From Chlamydiales bacterium (lineage in GTDB: Bacteria; Chlamydiota; Chlamydiia; Chlamydiales; FEN-1388), in contig JBGSSB010000079.1 of the NCBI GenBank assembly GCA_041737255.1, positions 1 to 55,637 on the forward strand: a stretch of DNA of 55,637 nucleotides, given 5' to 3'. The number at the start of each line of letters is the position of its first letter. Position 1 is the stretch's first letter. Shown here one piece after another: positions 17,715-28,121 of the stretch. Position numbers and translations under genes: made by a program. Under the pieces are notes generated by a model. It was given only the letters and a program-made list of their open reading frames with translations, was not told the origin of the DNA and ran no database searches.

Positions 17715-20288
17715 CTAGAAGTTGAGAAGCTCTTTTAAGTCGTTTAACTGTTTGCGCCATCCACCAGCTTTGTCATTGGCTTCGTCGTAAATGCGCTCTT
17801 CGTGTTGTGTAATTTGCTCGATGTCAATAGGTGAGTCGAGAATTCTTGGCCGTATATACATAATGATGTTACGGCGGGTGTCTGTAATAACTTTATTGTT
17901 AAAGAAAAACCCAATAATAGGCAGACCACCTAGCAGAGGTACGGTATTAACCTGCGAAGCAACCTGAGTTTGAAGCATACCGCTCATAAATAAAAAGTAG
18001 TTAGAGGGCATGTGGACACGTGTTGTCGTTCGCGTTTCGTTAACCGTAGCTGGAGGCGCCTGGTTATTTCCCTGGTTTGCAACCTGTGTCGAGTTTGCAT
18101 TGCTGATCGATTGCTCTATGATTAACGTTACTGTGTCACCTGAGCTGATAAGCGGAGTTACTTTGAGATCAACTCCTGTTTGTACGGTTTCATAGTTTGT
18201 TGAAACGGTATTTGTAGCGTTGTTTGCCGTTGAGTTTACAATCGATTGGCCTTTAATAGGCACTTGTTGACCCACAAAAATTTCTGCTGGAACGTTATGC
18301 TCAGTAACGATTTTTGGGTTTAAAACGAGCTGGACATCGCTATCTGCACGCAAAAAGTTAATGAAGGAAGCAAAGGTTCTGAAGGCTTGTCCGCCTTGTC
18401 TAATCTGACGTCCTATGGCGCCGGCGCTTAAGCCATCACTAAGGTTAATGGCATCAAGTGTTGTTGGTGGCACTGTAGGCACTGGGTTTGGTATAGTAAC
18501 AGCTGCAAGAGGGCCTTGTATAGCACTTTGCCCACCAGATGCTGGGCCATTTAAAAATCCAGCAGAGTAGGCGTAGTTCTTTGCTTGATATTTGCCAGCC
18601 CATTCCACGCCAAAGTTTAGAGTGTTGCCAATTGTTGTATCTAAAACTAGCGCTTCAATAAGTACTTGACGAACAGGAATATCAATTTGATTGATAAGTT
18701 CTTTTGCTCGAGCAAGAGTCGATCTTGTACCAGTGAAAACAAGTGCGTTATTTTCAACAAGAGCCTGAACACTTGTAAGTGTTACCACAAGGTCGCTGGG
18801 TGGTAGTGTATTTCTTTGTGCATTGATGTTTGGCATGTTTTGACCACCGCTACCGCTTAAGCTGATAGCGATAGCTTGAAGCGCTTTTACAACGTCTTCT
18901 GCTTTTCTGTATTGAAGTCTGTGAATAAAAAATTGCGTTGACTCTGCTTGGCCTAACGGAAGGTCACTTTCGTAGATACCCTTTTTCTCACCAAATATTT
19001 TTTGGCGCTCTTCTTTAGTTAAGCCTTTTTCACGTAGCATACGAACAACTTGGTCACTTGAGAGTTTGCTTATTTGCTCTGGTGTAAGACCTTTTGCCTG
19101 AAGAATAGCATTGCGTTCACGCGCAGTGAAGGTGTCTATTTCTTCTTGAGTTAGCGGTATAGGTGTTTGCCGTTCTCTTTGTGCCTGTTGTTGGCGCTCT
19201 TCTTGCGCTTGTCTTGCAGCTTCAGAGTCAAACTTCATTTGATCAATGTTTAGCAGCCCAAATGTTGTTTGGTTAAGGTCGAGTGACTGAAGTACTGAAA
19301 GTGTCTTTTCAACGAGGTAAGGGGTTGAAATAATGAAAATGCTGTTTGAAGCCTGATATGGAACCAAAATAAGGGTTTTGTCGCCAGCAATCGGTGTGAC
19401 AATACGCTGTGCAACAGAAATTAGTGCAACAGGGGAGTTGTTAAGCGATACGTACTGACCAATTTCAAGGCCACTATTTGGGGCATCAAGTTTTTTGATA
19501 AGGTCAGAGAATTTGCTTATATTTGCTACAATGTCAGTCACAACGATACGCATCGTTTCTTCCATCGTTTCTATGATCGCATCGTCGGTGGACATTGTTT
19601 TGATGATGGCGGCAATTCTAGCAGGCGATACATTGGCTATCTGAAAGACGGCTGTGGCAATGTCTGGGCTTAGTTGGCCATTTTCATCTTCATGCAAAAT
19701 GCCAGCAGGTGTATTTATGCCCGACGTTTGGTGAATGAGAAAGTTATTGCCCTCTTCTACAAGAAAAAATCCGTGAACTCGTAAGTTTTGCAAAAGCGCT
19801 GCAAAGATATCTTCAAGTGTAGCTGGCGTTTCAGATATGATAGTGACAGGGAACTGAAGCAACTGAGGGTCAAATATAAAGTTTTTCCCCGTCAGGCGGC
19901 TTACGAAGCGCAAAAATTCGGTAATGCTGACGTTGTTAAAGTTTATAACGGGGCCTAGTGGCTGCGCAGGCTTTTCTATCTCTTGTTTTTCTAGTTTTTG
20001 CATGTTCTGCATAGCTTGAGCTGTATCTGCAGGTGCATCAGCTAGGGCAATTTCAGAGCCATCGGAAGTTGGGGAAATTATGCCATAATCTTGATTAGGC
20101 ATAGCCCCCAGTTCTTGCGAGGAGGCAAATGAATTTTTGTTCGAGCTCCATGAGATACTTTCGGCATGTGCGAGTGTGGTAAAAGAAGTCGCAGATGCAA
20201 AAAACAGTGAGCAGAGGTGCACTTTTGAGCGTATATTAAAAAGCATAAATAGGGGATCCAAATACTTAAGGCTTTTGCTTAGTGCCAT
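17715..20288 (-). CDS. sctC: Type III secretion outer-membrane secretin SctC (CdsC/YscC)
   Basis: 857 aa with a signal-like N-terminus and a secretin C-domain (VPLLGGLPIIGFFFNNKVITDTRRNIIMYIRPRIL). Located downstream of pkn5, as in Chlamydia. Confidence 0.93.
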   Translation of the reverse strand: MALSKSLKYLDPLFMLFNIRSKVHLCSLFFASATSFTTLAHAESISWSSNKNSFASSQELGAMPNQDYGIISPTSDGSEIALADAPADTAQAMQNMQKLEKQEIEKPAQPLGPVINFNNVSITEFLRFVSRLTGKNFIFDPQLLQFPVTIISETPATLEDIFAALLQNLRVHGFFLVEEGNNFLIHQTSGINTPAGILHEDENGQLSPDIATAVFQIANVSPARIAAIIKTMSTDDAIIETMEETMRIVVTDIVANISKFSDLIKKLDAPNSGLEIGQYVSLNNSPVALISVAQRIVTPIAGDKTLILVPYQASNSIFIISTPYLVEKTLSVLQSLDLNQTTFGLLNIDQMKFDSEAARQAQEERQQQAQRERQTPIPLTQEEIDTFTARERNAILQAKGLTPEQISKLSSDQVVRMLREKGLTKEERQKIFGEKKGIYESDLPLGQAESTQFFIHRLQYRKAEDVVKALQAIAISLSGSGGQNMPNINAQRNTLPPSDLVVTLTSVQALVENNALVFTGTRSTLARAKELINQIDIPVRQVLIEALVLDTTIGNTLNFGVEWAGKYQAKNYAYSAGFLNGPASGGQSAIQGPLAAVTIPNPVPTVPPTTLDAINLSDGLSAGAIGRQIRQGGQAFRTFASFINFLRADSDVQLVLNPKIVTEHNVPAEIFVGQQVPIKGQSIVNSTANNATNTVSTNYETVQTGVDLKVTPLISSGDTVTLIIEQSISNANSTQVANQGNNQAPPATVNETRTTTRVHMPSNYFLFMSGMLQTQVASQVNTVPLLGGLPIIGFFFNNKVITDTRRNIIMYIRPRILDSPIDIEQITQHEERIYDEANDKAGGWRKQLNDLKELLNF

Positions 20289-20338
20289 TATGATAAATTT
20301 TTTCTTTACTGATTGAGTTTTTGTTCACATTGGGTCAT

Positions 20339-21874
20339 TTATTTCAGAGGAGGTAATTTTTTTCCATAAGAATTGACTGGTTCGACCAAAATAACTGAAA
20401 GTGGTTGCTCGTTTTGAACAGCCTCTGCATTCAGCCTAATCTTGCGCAAGATAGCCTCTGACTGGCTTTGTGGATGCTGTAAAAGCATCTCTTTTGTTAA
20501 TTCTACCAAAAGTAAGGGTTGATCGGTTTTGTCGGATATGGCGATTAAAAGGAATTTATCGGTCTCGTCATATGTTCCTTGTGCAATTCGAATTGAGGAG
20601 TTTGGAACTTTATTTGTAGCAATCAAGGCGGGTATTTCTACATTTGGCCTAATACAGGCAAAGAGTCCGAATTGATATTGATAGTAGGCATATGTTTTTT
20701 TGCTAGAGTCAAGAATGAGGCAAGCAAAAGAGATATGTCCAGTAAATATGTTTTTTTCTATCTGTTCTAAAAGGTGTCGTGGGACCTCTGATGGATCAAT
20801 ATTTGTTGCAGGCTCTAAAAATGATCGAAGTGTGGACCGAAGCATGCATGCGCCGATAAGTCCTTCTGGGCCTTTTTTTGTGCTTTCAGCTATAAAAATG
20901 AGTTTTTTTGATGCGTCTAGGGCGAAAAAATCTATGTAGAGTCCACTTAATCCCATAGCCTCTACGTTGGCAAGGTCCATTTTGAAGTCATCCCATAGAG
21001 GGACATCGTGCGGTAAAAGAGCATTTTGGATTGATTCGAGCTTTTCAAAAACTTCTAAAAATTGATCAGAGCCATGTTTGTCTTTTTCTATGCCGCCTGA
21101 TTTGATGTAGCCACTTAGGTCCGAAATAAAATCACACATATTTGCATATCGATCACTTGGACGAGGCTGAAGTGCTTTTTGAAGAAGCTTTTGTAGTCCT
21201 TTTGGGGCGAGAGAAACGATGATTCTTCCATGGCTTATTTTTCCAACAGCAAGCTCATAGGCAATAATTCCCAATGAGAAGATGTCTGATTGAAATGAAA
21301 GATTGTGTCTGTCAAGTCCGAGCTCTGGGCTCATGTAGATAGGCGTTCCTAAAAATCGGGCCGGTGTTTGCTTTTTTTCATCTGACAAAACGGTGGAGAT
21401 ACCAAAGTCTATTACTTTGACCTTGCCTTGTTCATCGATAAGGATGTTCTCGGGCTTTAAATCGCCGTGTACGACGCCATGTGCGTGAAGGTGGGCTAGG
21501 GCGTAGGCTACCTGTAGTAAAACGTCCATGGCCCGTTTTAGAGTGTAGGGCTGATGCTGAAATATTTTTCTGAGGGATGAGCCTTTAATAAACTCCATGG
21601 CAATATAGAGTCCACCCTCCCAGCGTCCTGAATCTACAAGGCGAACGATATTTGGGTGATCAGCGAGGGCAATGATATGTGCCTCATTTAAAAAGCGATC
21701 AACAACATCTTGTTCCAACACGTACTGAGGTAGTAACACCTTAACGATAAGTGGTTTTTGGGTGTCAGGGTCGTTTGCTAAATACAAAAGACTCATGCCC
21801 CCGCGGGAGATGAGTCCTTCGATTTTGTATTTACTGATTTGCTTAAAGCTAGGAAGAGGTGGTTGGTGGGTCAT
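20339..21874 (-). CDS. pkn5: Ser/Thr protein kinase associated with the T3SS (Pkn5-like)
   Basis: 511 aa with Hanks kinase motifs HGDLKPENILID, DFGIS and SPE. An ATGA overlap joins it to sctQ. The position between sctQ and sctC matches CT673. Confidence 0.88.
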   Translation of the reverse strand: MTHQPPLPSFKQISKYKIEGLISRGGMSLLYLANDPDTQKPLIVKVLLPQYVLEQDVVDRFLNEAHIIALADHPNIVRLVDSGRWEGGLYIAMEFIKGSSLRKIFQHQPYTLKRAMDVLLQVAYALAHLHAHGVVHGDLKPENILIDEQGKVKVIDFGISTVLSDEKKQTPARFLGTPIYMSPELGLDRHNLSFQSDIFSLGIIAYELAVGKISHGRIIVSLAPKGLQKLLQKALQPRPSDRYANMCDFISDLSGYIKSGGIEKDKHGSDQFLEVFEKLESIQNALLPHDVPLWDDFKMDLANVEAMGLSGLYIDFFALDASKKLIFIAESTKKGPEGLIGACMLRSTLRSFLEPATNIDPSEVPRHLLEQIEKNIFTGHISFACLILDSSKKTYAYYQYQFGLFACIRPNVEIPALIATNKVPNSSIRIAQGTYDETDKFLLIAISDKTDQPLLLVELTKEMLLQHPQSQSEAILRKIRLNAEAVQNEQPLSVILVEPVNSYGKKLPPLK

Positions 21875-23199
21875 ACACCGATTTGTAAGATGCGGACTCC
21901 AATGGTCTCACCGATTTTTAAAAGCTCACCTTTGCCTATCACTCGGCCATTGACTACTAAGTTAACACCATTTTCTGGGTTTAGGTGTAAATCAAGCATG
22001 TTGCCAGGGCTAAGTTCGAGTAGTTTTTGGACACTAAGGTTAATGGCAGCTACTTCAACAACTAGCTGAGTTGGTATATCGTCGGCTGTAAGTTCATCAG
22101 ATGTAGGCGAGGGTGTTTGTACAACAGATGCCGGTTTTGATTTTACAGGGGCCTTAACGATATCTTCTATCGATGTATTAGCTGCTGCTTCTATCAACTC
22201 TAAGCCTTCATCATCATCCTCTTCTTCTTCATCAGGGAAGGGATTTTCATCTTCTTGCTCAGGAGGGGGAACTTGTTCTTCTGATTCTGAGTTAGAAGCA
22301 GATGAGGGTGGTGTGACTTTTTCTGTCATAGGAGTATATACCTCATTTTGTAAGGGTATTTCGATGATTTTGAGGGTTCCAGCATCAAGGCTTGCTCGAA
22401 AGAGTGGTCTTTCATTTAGTGTAAGTAGTACATGGCTTTTATCGCTACTTTGGTCATAAAAAACATGGTCGAGTAACACAAGGTCACCAACGCGGATTTT
22501 TAGTAAATCGTCAAATTTCAGCGTAGTTCTTGCTGCTTCCACGTGCAAGGTGGTTTCTATTTGATCGAGCTTACTTGAGGCAGTAGTTTGGTTTAAAGGC
22601 TTTAAAAAAAAGCTCTTCCATGACGCGCGAAATTCACTAGATAATACAAGGCGGCATAGCATCCGTTCTGAGCCTAACTGTACATGGATGTCCTGACAAA
22701 GAGCTGCTGTGGGGTGCTCTTCAGCGTAGGAGGTGATTTTAAATGATAGTCGTGGGTCATAGCCTATCTGGTTAAGTAAAGAGATTGTCTCAATTCCTAA
22801 AAAGCGATGAAAATTTGTTACTACATCATCGGCCTGAAGTTCAGAGACTACTTCTGAGATTTGTAAGACTTTTGCCATAAGATGCTGAACATCTTCTTGG
22901 CACATCCAAAATGAGGCTGTCCCATCGATGCCTGTTGCTGAAATTTGTGTGCAAAGAGCAGGCGTGGCGATGCCTGACATAATGGCATCGTTTTCTTTCC
23001 AGACGAGCTCTCCAGGGGTGATTTTGAAGTTTTCGATGGCGAATGCTTTAGCAAATTCTTCGGTGAGTTTTAGCCAGGGAAAATCGGGGCTAGAGCCTAA
23101 TAACGGAGTTTCGTCCAGGCTATACAAATCGCGACTTATCGTTTTTAGCCATGACCAGGCAATAGCAGGGGCATCAGGATTTTGTGTTTCGAGGCTCAC
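21871..23199 (-). CDS. sctQ: T3SS cytoplasmic ring/sorting platform protein SctQ (CdsQ)
   Basis: 442 aa with a C-terminal SpoA/FliN-like domain (LVVEVAAINLSVQKLLELSPGNMLDL...VNGRVIGKGELLKIGETIGVRILQIG) and an acidic linker. Synteny supports the call. Confidence 0.88.
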   Translation of the reverse strand: MSLETQNPDAPAIAWSWLKTISRDLYSLDETPLLGSSPDFPWLKLTEEFAKAFAIENFKITPGELVWKENDAIMSGIATPALCTQISATGIDGTASFWMCQEDVQHLMAKVLQISEVVSELQADDVVTNFHRFLGIETISLLNQIGYDPRLSFKITSYAEEHPTAALCQDIHVQLGSERMLCRLVLSSEFRASWKSFFLKPLNQTTASSKLDQIETTLHVEAARTTLKFDDLLKIRVGDLVLLDHVFYDQSSDKSHVLLTLNERPLFRASLDAGTLKIIEIPLQNEVYTPMTEKVTPPSSASNSESEEQVPPPEQEDENPFPDEEEEDDDEGLELIEAAANTSIEDIVKAPVKSKPASVVQTPSPTSDELTADDIPTQLVVEVAAINLSVQKLLELSPGNMLDLHLNPENGVNLVVNGRVIGKGELLKIGETIGVRILQIGV

Positions 23200-23420
23200 G
23201 GTATATTTCCTTAAGAGTTGTCTATTCCTCGATATAGCATAGTACAGATCTTAAAATGAAGTGAAAAGAATTCGCTACAAAAATTAAATCCTTTATCTAT
23301 GTTGAACGATCGTGGGGTTTTGTGGAATTTACTCTGTTTTTTGTGCATGTGTGCAGAATGGTTGATGTATTAGCTAAGAGAGGATTGGGTGCAGGTAAAA
23401 GCGTGAACCCAATTCGTGAA

Positions 23421-23507
23421 ATTTGGAAAAAAGAATCTAACACCAGAGAGCATAAAGAAAGAGGAATTCCTTTATGTTCCTCTTTCTTTATGCTCTCTGG
23501 TGTTAGA
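23421..23507 (-). terminator. 31-bp perfect hairpin plus T-tract (minus-strand terminator after sctP)
   Basis: 23436-23466 is the exact reverse complement of 23477-23507, with a 10-nt loop. On the minus strand the stem is followed directly by TTCTTTTTT (rc of 23421-23435). It begins 24 nt after the sctP stop. Confidence 0.7.
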
Positions 23508-23530
23508 AATACGATAAACTACTAGCTAGT

Positions 23531-24727
23531 TTACGTTACATCACCATCATCTTGATCAGTGGCAGTGCCTGCTTGATCTCCAGCGTCAGAACGGCCTTGT
23601 TGACCTAATTTTGCTTCACCAGTTTGTGCTGAGGCAAGACCCGGAATTTTGTGATCTACTGTAACCATTTGTACTGTGTAGCCACGATCAAGGAGTGCTT
23701 GTTGTAGTCTTACTTGGTTGTCTTGCTGCTCAATAAGCGCTCTTGCTGTTGGGTTGTTTACATCGCCAAAGGCAACGTTAAACTGCTTTTGTGAGCTGTC
23801 AAATTCTGTGATTTTTACAGTAACGCCCTCAAACATAGGTGGTTGTTTTAGAGTAAATGTTGTGTCTGTTTGACCCGATGATTTGACGAGCTGTATTTGA
23901 TCAACCATAGACTGAGCAAGTTTAAGCAGTGTTTCCCTGGCATTAGATACAGGGGCAACTTGCGGTGTCGGGGCTGCTGCCTGTACAGGTTGTGCTACAT
24001 GTGGAGCCGCTGCCACTACGGTTGTGTTTGGATTGCTGAGATCCACTTTTTTGGTTTTTTGTTCATGAAACGCAACTTTTGGATCTAGATCTTCTGTTGG
24101 TCTTGCAGTATCTTCGAGTTTTCGAGAGACCGGCGGGATCTCTTTTTTAGTCACATCAGGGCCGTGTAGGGCGTGATCTGGCTTTTTATCGACAACTTTT
24201 GTAGAAGAGTCAGCTGTTTGAACTACAGATGGATCTTTAACCAAGGGTTCTTTTCCTAAAGGCTGCAGCGTTTGTTTGACGTCAGTATCACGAACCACTT
24301 TTACTGTATCTTGAGCGGAATCATCATCTGGCATTGGCACAACAGAATCATCTGTCACGGCGGCAATTTCTGTGTTAAAGCTACCTTTGGCGACTGGGGT
24401 ATCAGAATCAGAGGCCGGGGTAAATCCAGCTGTATTTGTCACAGAAGCCTTAGATTTTACCTCGCGCGACTTTGTTTGCCCCGCCAACTCAAGAAGCGAC
24501 AATAGCTCATCATCTTCATCATCTGGCTTGAGCGATGGTTTGACAGGTGTTTTAAGTTGCTTATCACTCATTGCGGAGTTAAGCACTTCCTTAAATGGTT
24601 TTTTACTTCCGTCATCGGTCATCGGTGCTGTTGTTTTAGCAGCCGAGGAATCATTGTCAGTTTTACCTAACGCATCTTTTGGCTCTTTGGGCTCATCCGG
24701 TGGGTTTATTTTTGTTGGTATTACCAT
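23531..24727 (-). CDS. sctP: T3SS needle-length/substrate-switch protein SctP (CdsP-like)
   Basis: 398 aa. The N-terminal two-thirds is low-complexity and Pro/Asp/Lys-rich. The C-terminus looks like a T3S4/FliK-C domain (FTLKQPPMFEGVTVKITEFDSSQKQFNVAF...). Its position between sctO and sctQ matches CT671. Confidence 0.7.
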   Translation of the reverse strand: MVIPTKINPPDEPKEPKDALGKTDNDSSAAKTTAPMTDDGSKKPFKEVLNSAMSDKQLKTPVKPSLKPDDEDDELLSLLELAGQTKSREVKSKASVTNTAGFTPASDSDTPVAKGSFNTEIAAVTDDSVVPMPDDDSAQDTVKVVRDTDVKQTLQPLGKEPLVKDPSVVQTADSSTKVVDKKPDHALHGPDVTKKEIPPVSRKLEDTARPTEDLDPKVAFHEQKTKKVDLSNPNTTVVAAAPHVAQPVQAAAPTPQVAPVSNARETLLKLAQSMVDQIQLVKSSGQTDTTFTLKQPPMFEGVTVKITEFDSSQKQFNVAFGDVNNPTARALIEQQDNQVRLQQALLDRGYTVQMVTVDHKIPGLASAQTGEAKLGQQGRSDAGDQAGTATDQDDGDVT

Positions 24728-24767
24728 GGTATTATTCCTCCCTACTTGGCAACATTACTTAGTATTC

Positions 24768-25301
24768 CTACTTTGCATCTTTTTTGGCTTGGGCCTTATT
24801 TTGCATGTACCTTGACAAGAACATCGTGGAACCAACTTCATCTTCCTCTCGAGTCTCAATAACTGCAAGTTCTTTGAGAGCTTCTTTAGTCCACTCTTTT
24901 TTATGTATTTCGATCTTGTCTTGCTCTTTTTGCCTTTGCCTTAATTGGTTTTTAGCAAGGTCAACGTTTTTTTCTGCTACTTCAACTTGAGCTTGCTGAT
25001 CTTTTACTTTTTTTTCCTCTACTCTAAGCCTTTCTTGTACTACTTTGATATAGAGTTTTGCTTGGTCAATTTTTCTACTTGTCGTTCCTGTGTCATATTC
25101 GTGGCGAAGTTGCAAAAGTTTGTCTTCGTAGTGGCTTTTTACCTTATTTCGCTCTTCTTCACATTTTTTAAGCTTATCTTTTTCAATCTCAAGGGCTTTT
25201 AGCTTTTCCTTAACAACCTGCTCTGCATTTTCAACCCTCCTAATTTTAACTTCTAGTACCTGACCTAGTGGGTAGGGGGGTAAATCGGATATTTGTGGCA
25301 C
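24768..25301 (-). CDS. sctO: T3SS stalk protein SctO (CdsO/YscO-like)
   Basis: 177 aa, almost entirely a charged coiled coil. The N-terminal YPLGQVLEVKIRRVENAEQVVKEK resembles my recollection of CT670. It lies immediately downstream of the ATPase. Confidence 0.75.
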   Translation of the reverse strand: MPQISDLPPYPLGQVLEVKIRRVENAEQVVKEKLKALEIEKDKLKKCEEERNKVKSHYEDKLLQLRHEYDTGTTSRKIDQAKLYIKVVQERLRVEEKKVKDQQAQVEVAEKNVDLAKNQLRQRQKEQDKIEIHKKEWTKEALKELAVIETREEDEVGSTMFLSRYMQNKAQAKKDAK

Positions 25302-25321
25302 AGCTTATTCCTTTAGTTGCC

Positions 25322-26671
25322 TTACTTAAAAAGTGCTCGAAGTTGCTGCAGGGTTTCTTGCCAGCCGCATTTTTCATCAACACCCTGCTTTAAAAAGCGG
25401 TTTACTTTTTCGATATAATCTATGGCAAAATCAACGTTTTTGTCTGAGCCTCGCTTATATTCACCAATTTTAATAAGCAGTTCGTTTTTCTTGTATGTTG
25501 CAAGAACCTCTTTGAGCTTTCCTATAAGCTGGACGTGGTCTTTAGTGGTAATTGAAGTAAGAACACGACTTGCAGATGATAGGATGTCAATAGCAGGGTA
25601 GTGGTACTGTCTTGCAAGTTCTGCGGACAAAATAATGTGTCCATCCAAAATTGATCGAACCTCATCGGCTACAGGTTCGTTCATGTCATCGCCGGCTACT
25701 AAAATAGTGTAAAAACCGGTGATGGAACCTTTATCTGAGTTTCCGGCTCTTTCAAGTAGGCGTGGTAGTGTTGAAAATACTGAGGGAGTGTACCCACCTC
25801 TAGCAGGGGGCTCTCCAGCTGCTAGGCCTACTTCGCGGATTGCCCGGGCAAAACGCGTTACTGAGTCCATCATTAAAATTACAGATTTACCCTGATCTCT
25901 AAAGTATTCGGCAATCGCAGTGCCTACGTAGGCAGCATTTAATCTAAGCTGTGATGCCTGGTCTGATGTTGAGCATACAATCACTGAGCGCTTAAGGCCT
26001 TCTGGACCTAAGTCTTTTTCAATAAATTCTCTAAGTTCGCGGCCACGCTCGCCAATTAGGCTTATTACGTTAACATCGGCAACGGCATTGCGAGCGAGCA
26101 TTCCCAGGAGTGTAGATTTACCACCACCGGCTGCTGCAAAAACGCCTACGCGCTGGCCAAGACCTGCTGAGAGCACTCCATCAATGGCTCTAATCCCTGT
26201 GGATATGGGCTCAGAGATGATTTTACGCTTCAGGGCATCAGGTGGGGCTCTGATAACGGGAACTGTTTCAAAAAGCTCAAGAGGGCCTTTTGTATCGATG
26301 TCCAAGGGGTTGCCTAACGCATCGAGTACGCGTCCCAAAAGTTTTGGGCCAACTTTAATGTTGAGGGGCATTCTTGTAGGGATAACTTCTGATGAGGGGC
26401 CAATGCCCTTCATCTCTCCCAGAGGCGAAAGAAGGACTTCTTCGCTCGTAAAGCCAACGACCTCTGTCATTAAAGGTTCCATATTGTCGCGCTTGACGAG
26501 GCAAACCTCTCCAATTTTGACGTGAGGAACAATAGCTTTAATCAACAGGCCAATAGTCTCGGTGATACGGCCACTGACGGACGTTATCTGAACCTCGTCG
26601 AGGCGGTTCATCATTTTTTCAACGTGGCTGTCCATTTCATGATTTTCTAGCAATTCTTGTTCTTTCGTCAT
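25322..26671 (-). CDS. sctN: T3SS ATPase SctN (CdsN)
   Basis: 449 aa with Walker [16 protein letters not shown] and Walker [13 protein letters not shown], in the F1/FliI-like architecture. Confidence 0.96.
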   Translation of the reverse strand: MTKEQELLENHEMDSHVEKMMNRLDEVQITSVSGRITETIGLLIKAIVPHVKIGEVCLVKRDNMEPLMTEVVGFTSEEVLLSPLGEMKGIGPSSEVIPTRMPLNIKVGPKLLGRVLDALGNPLDIDTKGPLELFETVPVIRAPPDALKRKIISEPISTGIRAIDGVLSAGLGQRVGVFAAAGGGKSTLLGMLARNAVADVNVISLIGERGRELREFIEKDLGPEGLKRSVIVCSTSDQASQLRLNAAYVGTAIAEYFRDQGKSVILMMDSVTRFARAIREVGLAAGEPPARGGYTPSVFSTLPRLLERAGNSDKGSITGFYTILVAGDDMNEPVADEVRSILDGHIILSAELARQYHYPAIDILSSASRVLTSITTKDHVQLIGKLKEVLATYKKNELLIKIGEYKRGSDKNVDFAIDYIEKVNRFLKQGVDEKCGWQETLQQLRALFK

Positions 26672-26787
26672 TGCCCTTCCTCTTTTACCTACAATGCAGA
26701 CTGTATATGCCCCTCTTAATTGTTGGGGCTATAGTGCAGGTGGCTTTGCAATGCAGGAAGTTTACTCTATTCAACGCAAAGGGTATA

Positions 26788-27522
26788 TTATACCTGAACG
26801 TTCATGATCGTTTTAGTGCTTTCAAGAGCCTTGTTAAGGACGTTCGTAAAGAACTCAAGCTCACTTTGCACAAAACCAAGCTTGATCTGTACTGCCAACA
26901 GCTTTTCTGGGGAGAGGCGTTCTTTTGCATTTTGTAATGCAGAGACTTCATTAACTAACGTGCTAAGTTGTCTGTCGCTGTTAGAAAGCATGTTAAGAAA
27001 CTTAACAAGAGGCTTATCCCCGACATTTTTCTGAATCTCCTGAGCAGTTACCTCGACGCCCACTTTGTTGAGCGCAGTCTTTAAGCTTGAATCTACGTGA
27101 ATCAGCTTATCAGTAAGCACAGCATCATGAGCCGGACTAATGCGAGCATCAGGGCGTGTTTTTTGTACGTCCTCTATTTTCGCAATAGGGCTCTGGATAT
27201 TTGTTCTTACGTTGTCAGCTTGTTCGACAATCTGATTTACCGTAACAGGCTTGAGCCTCTCGATTCTTTGTGAGCCCATGCTCATTTGATCGATAGGGCT
27301 GAGTTTCTGCACAGAATCTTGAGCTGCCACAAGGGAAGTCTTGGAATTTACATGATCCCATTTCGAATCGGCACGTGTTAGTGCTTCTTCGAACTTGACT
27401 TTCTGTGGCTCTATAGCCTCTTCCGTTTCAGAAATTTCAAGACTCGATCGGGTAGTATCTACCTTCTCTAGGCGCTCAATCTTTTCGATTGAGTCAAATT
27501 TTTGGAATGCTTGTTCTGCCAT
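26788..27522 (-). CDS. T3SS-locus hypothetical protein (position equivalent to CT668)
   Basis: 244 aa, helical and hydrophilic, with no motif I recognise. Called only from its position between cdsG and sctN and its clean coding character. Confidence 0.5.
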   Translation of the reverse strand: MAEQAFQKFDSIEKIERLEKVDTTRSSLEISETEEAIEPQKVKFEEALTRADSKWDHVNSKTSLVAAQDSVQKLSPIDQMSMGSQRIERLKPVTVNQIVEQADNVRTNIQSPIAKIEDVQKTRPDARISPAHDAVLTDKLIHVDSSLKTALNKVGVEVTAQEIQKNVGDKPLVKFLNMLSNSDRQLSTLVNEVSALQNAKERLSPEKLLAVQIKLGFVQSELEFFTNVLNKALESTKTIMNVQV

Positions 27523-27553
27523 AAATTACCCACTAGTAATGGGTTACAATACA

Positions 27554-28012
27554 TTAACTCTCATCACTCTCTTCGGCCTGTGCCGGAGCAAGAGGTGAGA
27601 AATCTCTCTTCTTAAGGTCATTATTTGACCATTCAATGCACACATCGGCTAAATTTTTTATTGTAGGATCGTCACTTTTAGCTTTTGCGTCCATGACGAG
27701 CTTTTCACCCTTCTTTATTTTGTCCTTGGTCATCATGTAACAGATGCCAAGTAAAGCTTGGGCAAGGTAGTGCTCTTTGTCTTTCTTTAAAATTCCTTCA
27801 AAAATTTTTACGGCTTCATTTACCTGAAGCTTATGTAGGGCTATATAGCCCAGGCCTAATTGAGAGGCCGGATTATCGGGATGGAGGAGTTCGGCCGACT
27901 TAAAAAGTCTCCGTGCTGCAATTTCATCTAGTTGCTTTACCGCAACAAAACCTGCTTCGATGAACAGTGCAAAATCTTCTCTGAAGTAGTCTAAAAGACT
28001 TTCTTCGCTCAT
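27554..28012 (-). CDS. cdsG: TPR-like needle-subunit co-chaperone (CdsG/YscG-like)
   Basis: 152 aa with TPR-like helices (AARRLFKSAELLHPDNPASQLGLGYIALHKLQVNEAVKIFEGIL) and an acidic tail. Located directly downstream of the needle gene. Confidence 0.65.
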   Translation of the reverse strand: MSEESLLDYFREDFALFIEAGFVAVKQLDEIAARRLFKSAELLHPDNPASQLGLGYIALHKLQVNEAVKIFEGILKKDKEHYLAQALLGICYMMTKDKIKKGEKLVMDAKAKSDDPTIKNLADVCIEWSNNDLKKRDFSPLAPAQAEESDES

Positions 28013-28121
28013 AATGTAAGCTCCATCTTCGGTTGTAATAATCCAGCACTCTCAATTTTCCTTCGTGTCCACCTCCACAGTGCCTTAAGGAGGTAACATA
28101 TAGGCAAGTGACTAAAGGGGA

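Noticed and set aside
23322-23525. 67-aa plus-strand ORF in the sctP/sctQ spacer
   Set aside because: It reads straight through both arms of the 31-bp perfect hairpin, giving the mirrored peptide EHKERG...SSFFML. There is no RBS.
24372-24815. 147-aa plus-strand ORF antisense to sctP, with neighbours at 24272-24505 and 24945-25202
   Set aside because: These are antisense to low-complexity coding sequence, and the Ser/Leu/Phe-rich composition is typical of shadow frames.
26088-26525. 145-aa plus-strand ORF antisense to sctN
   Set aside because: It sits inside a strongly conserved ATPase gene and its Pro/Ser/Arg-rich sequence is a shadow frame.
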